Below are positions 41,073-53,466 of a stretch of DNA of 64,000 nucleotides, piece after piece. The notes under the pieces were generated by a model that saw only the letters and a program-made list of their open reading frames with translations, was not told the DNA's origin and did no database searches. The first letter of the stretch is position 1, and every line of letters starts with the position of its first letter. The translations under genes and the position numbers were made by a program. Origin of the DNA: Octopus vulgaris (Eukaryota); NCBI GenBank assembly GCA_951406725.2, contig OX597831.1, positions 55,862,001 to 55,926,000 of the forward strand, read 5' to 3'.

Positions 41073-41542
41073 GCGAGGCAGTTACGATGGAATACATCGA
41101 CATTAGCGAAGAAGATATACTACTAGCCATAGATCAGGTGGACGCAAACTCAACTGCTGGTCCTGATGGTTTCCCAGCAATCTTCCTCAAATCGTGTAAG
41201 CATGTCCTGGCAAAACCCCTCCAGATTCTATTCCAGAGCTTTCTTGCAAATGGCAGACTGCCAAGCAAGCTGAAGGAGGGAATAATATGCCCAATCCATA
41301 AAGGGGGAAGCAGAGCAGATGCCAAAAGCTATAGGCCTATCTCTCTGACTTCAGACATCAGCAAAGTCATGGAACGGATAGTCAGAGGGAAACTAATCGC
41401 ATTCCTTGAAGAAAATAACTGAGTGATACCCAACATGGCTTTCGACCAGGTAGGAGCTGCCTGACCTAGCTCTTACAACATTATGACTGGGTGTTGAGGC
41501 AGTTACTCAACAACTCAAATGTGTACGTAATATACCTTGATT
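41073..41542 (+). mobile_element. internal CR1-like RT fragment flanked by a 23-bp duplication
   Basis: AGPDGFP, YRPISLTS.ISKVMERIV, QHGFR.GRSCLT, YVIYLDF; TTGGCACAAGACAAGCAATTCCA at 41050-41072 and 41543-41565. Confidence 0.85.
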
Positions 41543-42456
41543 TTGGCACAAGACAAGCAATTCCAAGTGAGGGGCTAAGTCGATTAGATCGACCCCAGTA
41601 CTCAACTGGTACTTATTTTACCGACCCAGAAAGCATGAAAGGCAAAATAGACCCCGACAGAATTTAAACTCAGAATGTAAAGATGGAAGAAATGCCGCTA
41701 AGCATTTTGCCTGGTATGCTAACGATTCTACCTGCTCGCCGCCTAACAAACATTGATATAAATATCGAAAACAGTTTCTCAGTTTTACTTAGAAACGGTG
41801 CTTCAAAGTAATATGTTTTTTAATATATATTTTTACTTGCTGTTTGAACATAAAACTAGAAATATAAACGGGATGGGTGAAATACGTATGATGACGTTAC
41901 CTTCAAATCTTTCCTAGGTCCATTAATAATGTAAGTGAAGTACAAAGGTTATCAGTCTTTGAAGGCCTACGTAAATCATAATCACAACAGCTTCTCTCAG
42001 ACCAAGCCAATAAAACATAAATAAAATGAGTGTAACAGACTCAATTCCCCGAAGTTTACTCGTTATTTGATCCCTTACAAATTGCGATTTCGAGGACATA
42101 TATCCAACGAGCAACAAATGTACGTCTCGCTTAGTATAATGGGCATGTATATAATCTTTAGTAGGAAACTCTTGTATACACATTGAAGTACTCCGATGGA
42201 TGGAATTCATATGGTATTGTCTATTGTACGTCTGGCCTGCTATTACACGCAACCTGGATCTAAAAGCAAAGACAACCGAAGCTTGAAGCGGTCTAGCTAT
42301 GAGACTGAACATCGTAGCATACCAACCAGAGAGGGAGCTCTCTGCTAGGAGTATCTAAATAAGGTTTGATCATTGTGTCTCGGAGGGTAACTTTTTAGGT
42401 GCAATCCCATGGTCTTCATGACTGAAGAGGGTCTAAAGTGGTCTAAAAGCTCTAAA

Positions 42457-42656
42457 AGGCGGCGAGCTGGCAGAAACGTTAGCACGCCGGGCGAAATGCT
42501 CAGCAGTATTTCGTCTGCCGCTACGTTCTGAGTTCAGATTCCGCCGAGGTCGACTTTGCCTTTCATCCCTTCGGGGTCGATTAAATAAGTACCTGTTACG
42601 CACTGGGGTTGATATAATCGTCTTGTGTGTAGCCCCTTGTGGGCAGTAAAGAAATA
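42457..42656 (+). mobile_element. SINE family B with TSD
   Basis: Full head and body; AGAGGGTCTAAAGTGGT on both sides. Confidence 0.8.
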
Positions 42657-43742
42657 AGAGGGTCTAAAGTGGTATGACAACCAATGGTTCTGTGTATACT
42701 CTCTCTTTACTCTTTTACTTGTTTCAGTCATTTGACTGCGGCCATGCTGGAGCACCACCTTTTAGTACTTATTCTATCGGTCTCTTTTTGCCGAACCGCT
42801 AAGTGACGGGGACATAAACACACCAGCATCGGTTGTCAAGCAATGCTAGGGGGACAAACACAGACACACAAACACACAAATACATATATACGACAGGCTT
42901 CTTTCAGTTTCCGTCTACCAAATCCACTCACAAGGCATTGGTCGGCCCGGGGCTATAGCAGAAGACACTTGCCCAAGATGCCACGCAGTGGGACTGAACC
43001 CGCAACCGTGTGATTGGTTAGCAAGCTACTTACCACACAGCCACTCCTGCGCCTATGAGTATCGTTTTCTATAAATAAACATGACAAAATCATTTCTTAT
43101 TTTATTCACCGTTAACCGTACAACCAAGCCATTGCCAATCAGTTTTATGAGTAGCACTTGTCATGTTGCTTTACTAATTTTTTAAAATTTTATTCTACAT
43201 GATTTCGGTCAAGAGTTTAGGTGATCACATCAACCACATTTCAGTCTGGTACTTATCGTACCAATCGCTAAGTTACGGGGCATAAATATAAGTCCAGCAA
43301 AAATTTAAAAGTAAACACGGGAACATATACATCACATACATATATATATATATATATATATTTCCATTCATATACATGTACTCACACACATACACGAACG
43401 GGTTTCTGTATAGGTTTCCTCTATTAAATTTCACTCACAAGGTATAGTGACGAGCTATAGTAAAAGACACTTACCCAAGCTGCCTCGCATTGGGATCGAA
43501 CCCAGAATCACGTGGAAATGAAGCGAACTTCATGACCACACAACCATGACTTACTTACAACAAACCATCTTTATTCGTATTACAGTATTATCCAACAGGC
43601 CAACTAGCTGCTACCTTATGTATCACTCCCACATAAACAAGCGCAAACTAACAGGAAGCAATGAAACATTTTTGTCTAGTCTTCACAAAGTCTGTCTTTG
43701 TTTTCAATTTTCTGAAAGAAATCCTGTACTTCATATTTTCAG

Positions 43743-43816
43743 AGACCGTTTCCAGTCACAGCACAGTTGTGGACGACAAAACTGTTTTGGTTCATATCAG
43801 AGACACAGCTTGGAAG
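43743..43816 (+). CDS. RERG-like small GTPase, internal coding exon (74 nt, phase 1-0); absent from the ORF track
   Basis: TCATATTTTCAG acceptor, AAG|GTCAGA donor. Joins in frame to both neighbouring exons and encodes (E)TVSSHSTVVDDKTVLVHIRDTAWK, aligning with Ras-family 'Y...(I/V)D...V...I.DTAGQ'. Confidence 0.85.
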
Positions 43817-44829
43817 GTCAGATATAATTAATTACATATTACACCTTAGCTTTCAAAATTTTAATAAGTAATCAACCACAATTACTGCAGGCAATTGAAA
43901 CATTCTTTCCCCGCCCCTCATCGTTGCCACATTAAAATATCAACGGTTTTTAGTTAATTTATTTTAGCAAATAAAAAAAAAATTTTTTAAAAAACAAATA
44001 GGAAAGAAAAGAAATACTTGTATTTTTTTGTTATTGTCACTGGATAACCCACTGGGTAGTTCAACGTTAAAAGATCAATCAACCAATAATCCGAGGTTGT
44101 CAAATCATTATTAAAAACATTCTATTCCAAAATTTTGGACCGAAACATTTTGGACGTCATTTTATATTTTTTGGTCGAATCGTTAAGTTATGCAGATGTA
44201 AACACACCAACAGCGGTTGTTAAACACCGTGAGACAAACACAGACACAAAGACACACACACAGAGACATACACATATAGGCCGACGTCGGAGTTGGGAAG
44301 TACCAACAAGACGGAACGTCTCCCCTCTAAATCAGTCATATTATCTATCTTGTTGAACAACTAAATAGACGTTTTTTCAGATAATCGATTGAATTTTATT
44401 TAGTCTGGTATTGTATTTTGTCATATAGTTATAGTGATGTCTAGAAAAAATGCTTCTACAAAAAAGAAAATTAGAATGGCTGTTTAGGTCAGGAATTTAT
44501 CTGCTTGTTTGTTTATCTGTAAGTGTAGATAAATGGGTGATTATAAGAACAGTGAGAGGAAGTTGACTGCTAAAAGTCTGTTTCATCATGCAAGCATCAG
44601 TTAAAAAATTATGTAGGACGCTGAATATGTCAAAATTTTTTGGCGTTTCGACAGAACATTGTCTGTTTTACCGTAGCGTCAGACATTTTATGAATAGCAA
44701 GAGTTCTAAATATTACTGAGAGTGAAATACTTATTTGTCTGTCGGTATCAAGTCACGAACAGAGCAAAGTAAGTTTATACTTTATTAATCTCATAGTCGC
44801 GATTTCCATTTCTTTACAGAAGAAGGCCA

Positions 44830-45400
44830 TTTCTTCAGTTAGTAAATGCCGTCATGAGATCTCATATGGCTTGCAAGACCAACTTTGGACAAACAGACCC
44901 TACTGCGAACGTTACAAACATTTTCAGATAGAATAGTATCTGCGATCAAAATCAAGTCCTGTTTACGAATTGGTCGTTTTAAGATGGAATGTTTAATTTC
45001 TCGTTTCAAATGCTTTTCAACCATCGCAGTTCACTTTTCAAACCAATCGATTTTCTATCATTTGCTCCAAGTTTTCAACATCCACACTAAGGACCTCTAG
45101 GTTTTTGACGACAGCCCTAAAACAATCCTTATGTATATGTCGCAAACATTTACCACATTGCAACTCCCCGTAAAACAACTGCTTATGTAGCCTGTGATCC
45201 CTGATTCTAGTATGCTCCTCATACGCTTTTGACTCTGCATGCGGCACATCTCAATACTGGATGTGTTGGCTCGCTGAAGAATAACGGTGTCTGTTGCTAG
45301 AGACTGCCATTTGATGTTTAAAATCCTCCTAAGCAACTATGATGGAAATTTTAGGTCCTGATGTGACGACCACATGCTGTTCAAGTCTCCATATGAAGCG
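44830..45400 (-). mobile_element. RTE-clade LINE 3' fragment
   Basis: LRRILNIKWQ, RL.KQLFYGEL..G, terminal zinc-finger-like C....RVCLSKVGLASHMRSH. Confidence 0.75.
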
Positions 45401-47523
45401 GCAGTCTAATCCTTTGTAAAGCTTTAGGCTGAGGCTGGGCATCAAAATAAAGGTTGTCGTTTCAGTCTTTAGACGTGGTATATTGGATTTAGATTTATGT
45501 AAAACAGCAGTATACGAAAAGGTGTCTATTAAATTCTAGCATTCAGTAAAGTCTGCAAACCAACATTTCACTGATGTTCGGAAATCAAGAGTTTATTGAC
45601 GGAGGACATTCATGGAATTTTCGTTTTTATGGTTCGGTTCGAAGAATTCGCCTTGCGATCCTTTCCAGCGACATTCTAATCGTAGCACTGGAGCTGTAGC
45701 CTCTCGCAATGCGGAGGAATAACGGCTCGAACAGGGGAGACTCTCTGATCCCCAAGCTACGCACCCAGTCGAATAACGTTACTCTAGAGACCCTTCAAAG
45801 GAACCCCATTTCGGTCATTTGTATTTGCGATCATTCTTTTTCAGTCATTACTTAATATTTCTGACTATGGGTAAGGATAGCATGTAAACAAAATTGAAGA
45901 TAGCGAGTTTAGCGTTTTGGCTAATTACTCCTCTCTTGATTAGAATGTTGCAGGAAAGAATCGCAAGGCTGACTTTTGAAACCGAGCCAACCAGCAGGAG
46001 ACCTAGGGGTGGACCAGGAACGAAATGATTGGATAACATCCGTAGTTTCAGTTGGCCACTCTTGAGAATCCAGCCGGAAAGATTGATGAGGGCTGTTTAC
46101 AATAGTATCCTAGGTCTTATGGAATGAGTACACCTTTGGAGTCTTTTAATAGAGGAATGGAATGCGATGAAATCTGAGATGTAATTAACGAGATATTTGT
46201 ATCGCAGTTGACCGAGAATATTAGCTGCGCAATTCAAGCTAGTTCCATCGCGAATAGAACTCTGGCTGCAGATTTTTATCACAAGATGCTTACATGTTTC
46301 ACAACGTCTCTCTCTCTAACATACATCTAAAATACATCCTCCGAATTTTGTAAGAATTTGAAGTAATATAAAAAGAAGAATGCATCCTTCACTGCTTATA
46401 AATAACAAAAAGATGTTACGCAGCGGCAAATTTGGTGCATATTTACCAAAGCAAAGACGATAGTTTAGTAATTTATTACTTTTTCTTATATAGGTTAAGT
46501 GTTGCTATATTAGCGTTAGTATCTTTGTAATGCGCAATATTCTTGGCTTTTCACTCAAATGGTTTCTATACATACACATGCGCGCGCGCACATGTGTGTG
46601 TGTGAATATACATACATGTGTGTATATATATACATACATGTGTGTGTGTGCGCAGGAGTGGCTGTGTGGTAAGTAGCTTGCTTACAAACCACATGGTTCT
46701 GGGTTCAGTCCCACTACGTGGCATCTTGGGCAAGTGTCTTCTGCTATAGCCTCGGGTCGACCAAAGCCTTGTGAGTGGATTTGTTAGATGGAAACTGAAA
46801 GAAGCCTGTCGTATATATATATGTATGTGTGTGTATATGTTTGTGTGTCTGTGTTTGTCCCTCTAGCATTGCTTGACAACCGATGCTGGTGTGTTTATGT
46901 CCCCGTCGCTTAGCGGTTCGGCAAAAGAGACCGATAGAATAAGTACTGGGCTTACAAAGAATAAGTCCTGGGGTCGATTTGCTCGACTAAAGGTGGTGCT
47001 CCAGCATGGCCGCAGTCAAATGACTGAAACAAGTAAAAGAGTAAAAGAGTATATATATCATGAAAAAGGAAAAGACAATACACTGAAGCTGGGTTTATAT
47101 ATTAAGATAAGTACACGCATATATTCATATATTTTACTTCCGACGCGAATTCGTATTTCTTACTATCTCGCATTGATATCATAAGACGAGGACAGAAAGA
47201 GAGAACTCTAAGATACACACACACTGAGAGAGAGGTTTATGTGTGTGCATTGTCCATTGCGTTCAAATCCAGATGACAGGATTTTAGGAGTACGTGAGTT
47301 CCTTCGCATCTTGCCGGACATGAAATGCTTTCTCTTCATCCACTATTACTTGTACCAGATGTACTCGTGAATCGTACGTCTCTTTGTGGACTCCGCCGCT
47401 TTAATCTTCTCGGTGATGGTCCTCATCGGCCTGTTGCGCTGAGGTTGTCGTCTATGATAATCCTGGGTCTGCTGGGGGGCGAACTTGACTTTCTTGATAA
47501 TTTCTAGTCGCTGTGAATGAATG

Positions 47524-47598
<75 letters not shown>

Positions 47599-47897
47599 TT
47601 AGTCACGGTTGATACGTCTTTGCTGGATACCTATTTCTTTATTACCCACAAGGGGCTAAACATAGATGGGACAAACAAGGACAGACATAGGTATTAAGTC
47701 GATTCCATCGACCCCAGTGCGTAACTGGTACTTAATTTATCGACCCCGAAAGGATGAAAGGCAAAGTCGACCTCGGCGGAATTTGATCTCACAGCGTAAC
47801 GACAGACGGGATACCTCCAGCTACTTCCTGATTCTGAACACGAAAGCCTCATGTGTTTGGCGGATAAAGCCAAGAGCACAACTTACCTTTTTATTTC

Positions 47898-47932
<35 letters not shown>

Positions 47933-49471
47933 TGTGTCTGTGTGTGTGCCAGACTGGTGTGAGCCATTTTGAGGCTCTGTATTTATCTGAAAGAAATGGG
48001 TGAGTTAAAATTTGGTATATATTGTGTTGTAGGGCATCTGTTTATGGTTCACTTATGTGACCACAAATACTTGGCCCGTATTTCGTGTGTGTGAGTGAGT
48101 AAGAGAGAGAGATAGTTTAATTTCCCACGATGCATAATGTATTTATAGATACATTTTTGTCTAGGAATAAACACAATTGTAACTACAAAAATGCCTATAG
48201 TTTTGGATTGGGGTTTATCTGGGGCTAAAATACGACAGTAATTTGCTACATGTCATTCGGGCATCGCATGCAAAATATCGCACGCTTAACCATTCAGCCA
48301 TCCATTACACTTCTAAGAGAAATTTAATTTCATATGCACAACGAATTACTTTTTAATGGTAATTTACAATATGAAATAAAAACATGCTGAAAATATAATT
48401 CTGCAAGCGAGATCTTGAGTGTAATAAATAAGTTATACCTTGACAGAACACGTCAGAAAATATCAAGATGATTGCGAATTCTTCTGGCTTACGTACAGTG
48501 TTGTTTATCCCCACCAGGGAGGCGGTTTTAGCTGGCAAATTCTTTACGGAGGCCAATTGACGGTAATTTACCATCATTACGATCGGGTAGATCTAATCTG
48601 TATACGTTATAGCGATAAAGTGAGGTGTAAGTAAAGCTTATCAACGCCAAGAACAATTTGATATCAGAAAACTAAATTTCTCTACTTATCTATAGTGTGA
48701 AAATGTTGCTATTAGTGGTTGTGGTTGTTCTCGTTATGGTTTGTAATTGTTGTTACGTTTTTCTGTTTTTGCTCTTCTTCGCATGTGTACGGTTGATGTT
48801 GTGCTAATGTAATAACAAGGCTGTTTCAAAAATAATTGATATAAAGCATTTTGAAAGATAACACCAGAACAGGAAGCATGTACATGAACTTTTTTCAGGA
48901 TTTATCGTTTGAAAAGTAAACTATATTTTTATTCCTTCGTTGCATAATCACTAGGTATATTTTACTGACAAAAAATAGAGAGTAGCACTTAGAGTTAGAT
49001 TTGATTTATGGATAACTTGAATCAATCTTAGAAATGGAAACTCTTAATTGATATTTAAAGCACCTGTTTCTGTAAAGTCTCTGAAGTTAAACAGTTTCAT
49101 ATGTACTCCATTTTAATACCAGTGGTTCATTGGAAAAATCAACCGAGCACAAATTAAAAGATCTGGAGAACTAGGTAGGCCTAATTGTAAAATAAAAGTG
49201 GGCCCAGTAAAATATTTAATTTTATAATACATATTGATATCCCGACAGGTACTTTTGTGTATCAGTACATATGTAGTTTTCCATGTATATATGTGATTAT
49301 GTTTTTTTTATTTGTACGTTAATGTAACTACACATATGTTGGTGATATGACACCTTTATGTGAAAATAATTATTCCCAGAGGGCTTAAATCCCTCATAGA
49401 TATGCACATAATCAGCAATTTAAATTATTTATTTTCGCTTATGCCTAATTCGTGTTCGTATCTACTTCCAG

Positions 49472-49909
49472 GCTATTGACAGTCAACAGCGAGAGAACCA
49501 CTTATCGTGGGCTGATGGGATTATGATTGTTTACTCAATCATGGATCGAGAAAGCTTCGAATCATGTAAGAAACTCGTGGACAAGGTATTACAACTGTGT
49601 GACGAAGCAACACCAATTTCTGTCATAGGCAACAAAGCCGATATGTTACATATGAGACAAGTACAATTCGAAGAAGGTTTAGCTTTTTGCCGTAATAGGA
49701 ATCTTCTGTTTTCTGAAGTATCTGCTGGGGATAGTTACGACAGTGTAGAAAAGGCTGTGAGGACTTTGATTCAAGAGGTTCGACATTGTCGAAAGAAAAA
49801 GGAAAAATCAAAGAATTCAGAAGGTGGTTTAAAATTAGATATACGACAATCTCTAAAAAATTTCACCGAGAAACGTCTTCAAATTCGCCATCGAACATCG
49901 ACCTTGTAA
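49472..49909 (+). CDS. RERG-like small GTPase, terminal coding exon
   Basis: TCTACTTCCAG acceptor; AIDSQQRENHLSWADGIMIVYSIMDRESF...VIGNKADM (G4)...FSEVSA (G5)...RHRTSTL*. 'WADG..IVYSI.DR.SF' is typical of the RERG/RASL11/RASL12 group; no CAAX. Confidence 0.93.
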   Translation, partial: AIDSQQRENHLSWADGIMIVYSIMDRESFESCKKLVDKVLQLCDEATPISVIGNKADMLHMRQVQFEEGLAFCRNRNLLFSEVSAGDSYDSVEKAVRTLIQEVRHCRKKKEKSKNSEGGLKLDIRQSLKNFTEKRLQIRHRTSTL

Positions 49910-50298
49910 TGCAGACAATTACGATGTGGAATGTAAAAGCTGTCGTTTGCTTTGCAGAAACTTACGTCATGATAAATCCTAACTGGCTTCATTTTTGCAC
50001 GTTTGTTACTTGAGAAGACGCATATTTTTTAATATTTTATCTTAATGTTTTTTTATTTGTTATTATCTGTTAAAAGAAGTAAAATTGAGATGTGTTTTAT
50101 GTCAAATATTTTACATAACAGATTATGTGGGTTGAGTGAGTATCGGAAAGCCAGCAGATAGTCTAAAAAAAAGTTCTCAGAAATGCCTTTTACCATGTGT
50201 ATAACATATTTTTTCATTAAAGCCAATGTAAAATCATAAAATGGACAAAAGAAAACTGTAAAAAACAAAAAGTCAGATGACATATTTTTAAAAAAACA

Positions 50299-50334
50299 AA
50301 TAAATTATTATAAAACAATTGAAACGTTAATAAA
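50299..50334 (+). promoter_or_regulatory. candidate polyadenylation signals of the GTPase gene
   Basis: AATAAA at 50299-50304 and 50329-50334, about 400 nt after the stop codon, followed by T-rich sequence. The AT-rich background weakens this. Confidence 0.45.
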
Positions 50335-51573
50335 AAAAATTGAAGTTTTTAAATATTTCGTATAATTGTTATTAGTAAAATGCTGAAGGCGGCGAGCTAG
50401 CGGAACTGTTTGCAAGCCGAACAAAATGTTTAGCGGTACTTCGTCTGTCATTACGTTGAGTTCAAATTTCGCCGAGGCCGACTTTGTCTTTCATCCTTTC
50501 GGGGTCGATAAAATAAGTACCAGTCAAGTATTGGGGTGGTTTTAATCGACTTCACCCTCCCCTCAAAAACCGCCTGCGCTGTGCCAAAATTTGCAACTGT
50601 TAATAATAAGATGCTGTAAAGCGGTGATTTTAGCAGATTCATTAGAACGTCCGAAAATGCTTCGCGGCATCTGTTCTACCTCTTTACATTCTGAGTTGAA
50701 ACTCCGCCGAGATCAACTTTTTACGGGTTCGATAAAATAAAGTACCAGCTAAAAGCTGCCACAAAAGCTTCTGGACTTATGCCTGAATTAGAACCCATTA
50801 ATAGGATAACGTAGTTTATTTCACTAAACCTCATTGTCAAACAAAAGTTTTATCAGGTATTACTCATACGATATTGCCAAAAATATGTAATAAATGAAAA
50901 TATCAATATAATCCTAGATTTAAAGCAAACTTACCACAACTTACCTTGATTTCAGTTCAGTAACTGCTCTATTTTTCTGACAGTTTTACTATTTAGAGTC
51001 AATTGTAAGACAGCAAGTGGGCAGAATCGTTAGTGCTTAGTGTCCATTCGTCTGTCTTCATGTTCTGAGTTATGTATGTATGTATGTACGTACGCACGCA
51101 CGTACGCACACACGGATGGATGGGTGGATGTATATATATATATATATATATTAGTGTGTGTGTGTAAATATATATATATGCATGTATCTAGATGCATATG
51201 TATACATATGTTTGAAAATAAATATATGTGTACGTAAATATATATGTATATGTGTATATATACATATAGATGTGTAAATATATAAATGTATGTGTATACA
51301 TATGTGTATATATGTATATATATATATGTATGTATACATATGTATATATATGTATGTATATATATATATCTGTGTATATGTATATATATATATGTCTGTG
51401 TGTATATGTATACATATATGTGTGTGTGTATGTATATATATATATATGTGTGTGTGTATACATATGTGTACATGTATATGTATACATATATGTATGTATG
51501 TATATATATACGTATATATATATATATATGTATATATAGATGTATTTATATGTATGTAAATATAAGTATATGT

Positions 51574-51669
51574 GTTTTGGCTGAAGAATACGGGACACTT
51601 GTAATTGCTGCAATATTTGCAGCTTTAAATAAATCTGTTCTTCGTATGAAACAATTGTACTGAACAACT
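51574..51669 (+). ncRNA. type I hammerhead ribozyme candidate, intact core
   Basis: UUUGG-CUGAAGA-AUACG GGACA...UGUUC UUCGUAU-GAAAC-AAUU-GUA^CUGAA; predicted cut between 51659 and 51660. Confidence 0.75.
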
Positions 51670-51725
51670 AATCCATTCTTGTTGCTTTTTTCTTGTTTAT
51701 GTATATAAATATGTATATAAACCTG

Positions 51726-51758
<33 letters not shown>

Positions 51759-52013
51759 GTAAATATTTATTTATTTATGTATGTATGTATATATATATAT
51801 ATATATATATATAAAGATGTGTGTATTTTTCCATTGTTAACAATTAACAAGGAAAAATATATAGATAGTTACCAAGGTAGCAAAAAATCACCAGTAAAAC
51901 TATTGTAATTCGTTGTTTTTAAAGGTAGAATCTTCGGGTTTGCGTGAAATCTTTTGAATAATATATGTCAATAAATAAATGGAGTTAAATGCAGGTGTTA
52001 TTCAAATTCGTAT

Positions 52014-52101
52014 ACTTCCGACATATGTTTCGAAGATATCACTTGTATTATTCCAAAGGAATAAAATGGTGTAAAACAAAGTATCTTCTCTTCAGGGAAG
52101 T
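52014..52101 (-). ncRNA. type I hammerhead ribozyme candidate, fully canonical
   Basis: ACUUCC-CUGAAGA-GAAGAUA...UAUCUUC-GAAAC-AUAU-GUC^GGAAGU: perfect 6-bp stem I, 7-bp stem II base with G10.1-C11.1, palindromic tetraloop, GUC triplet. Confidence 0.88.
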
Positions 52102-52390
52102 GAAGAAATGAAACTCGTCAATAAAACATTCTAACAGAATATATATATATATATATATATATAGTATATAGATATATATAAGTATATCTATATATATATC
52201 TATATGTATGTGTATATATGTATATATATGTATATAAGTGTATATATATGTATAAATGTATGTATATATGTATATATATATGTATATATATATATGTATA
52301 TATACATCTATATACGTATGTAAATATATATGTATATATACATCTATATATGTATGTATATATATGTACATATATGTGTGTATGTATATA

Positions 52391-53112
52391 CAGGGTGATT
52401 GAAAAGTAACTCCCTATTTTAAAATGCTTATAATTTATTTATTAACTATAATTTTTAGAAAAAACGAATATGTAAAGAAACTCTATAGCATTGCATTTTA
52501 TTTAAAATTTGATGTAGGCATTATCATTCACCACCAGCTTCTGAAGCCGCTTGGGAACCACATCAACTGATTTCATCAGGAACTCTTGTGGAATGCAAGA
52601 CATTACTTCTCGTATTCACCCTTCAAGTTCTTCCAAAGTCTTTGGTTTGGTATAAAAGACTCCTTCCTTTAACCAACCCCAAAGAAAACAGTCACAGGGT
52701 GTTACATCAGGGCTTCCGGCCAGCCGGTCATGTGGACCTTGATGAATTGGAAGGACGACCACTTCAAGTATCATCTACAAATCCTGTAGTCATGAATTTT
52801 GCATGGCAATTCTTGATTATCTTTGCATCAACTTGAGCATGTCTTTTCTAATGGTTCTCCACCATCTTTGCACTTGAACGACTGATCTCCAAACTTCGCA
52901 ATGTGCTGCTAGCTGGGCACACTCCTGCACAGTAAAACATCCAGCCATGTTTGTAGGGCTTCTAAAGTTGAAACAAAATAATCGATCTGAAAAAAAAACA
53001 TGGAATCAATTCCCATACATTAAAAAACACACAGCAAATTTGAGAAAAAAATTATAGTTAATAAATAAATTATAAGCATTTTAAAATAGGGAGTTACTTT
53101 CCAATCACCCTG
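52391..53112 (-). mobile_element. Tc1/mariner-superfamily deletion derivative with ~65-bp TIRs
   Basis: TA|CAGGGTGATTGAAAAGTAACTCCC ... GGGAGTTACTTTCCAATCACCCTG|TA; internal WPAGSPDVTPCDCFLWGWLKE. Confidence 0.9.
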
Positions 53113-53193
53113 TATATGTGTATGCATATATATATATGTGTATGTATATATATATATATATATATGTTTGTGTATATATATATATATATATGC

Positions 53194-53227
<34 letters not shown>

Positions 53228-53409
53228 CTTATATATGTATATATATATCTATATATATATATATATACTTATATATGTATATATATATGTATATATACTT
53301 ATATATGTATATATATATCTATATATATATGTATATATACTTATATATGTATATATATATCTATATATATATGTATATATACTTATATATGTATATATAT
53401 ATATCTATA

Positions 53410-53466
<57 letters not shown>

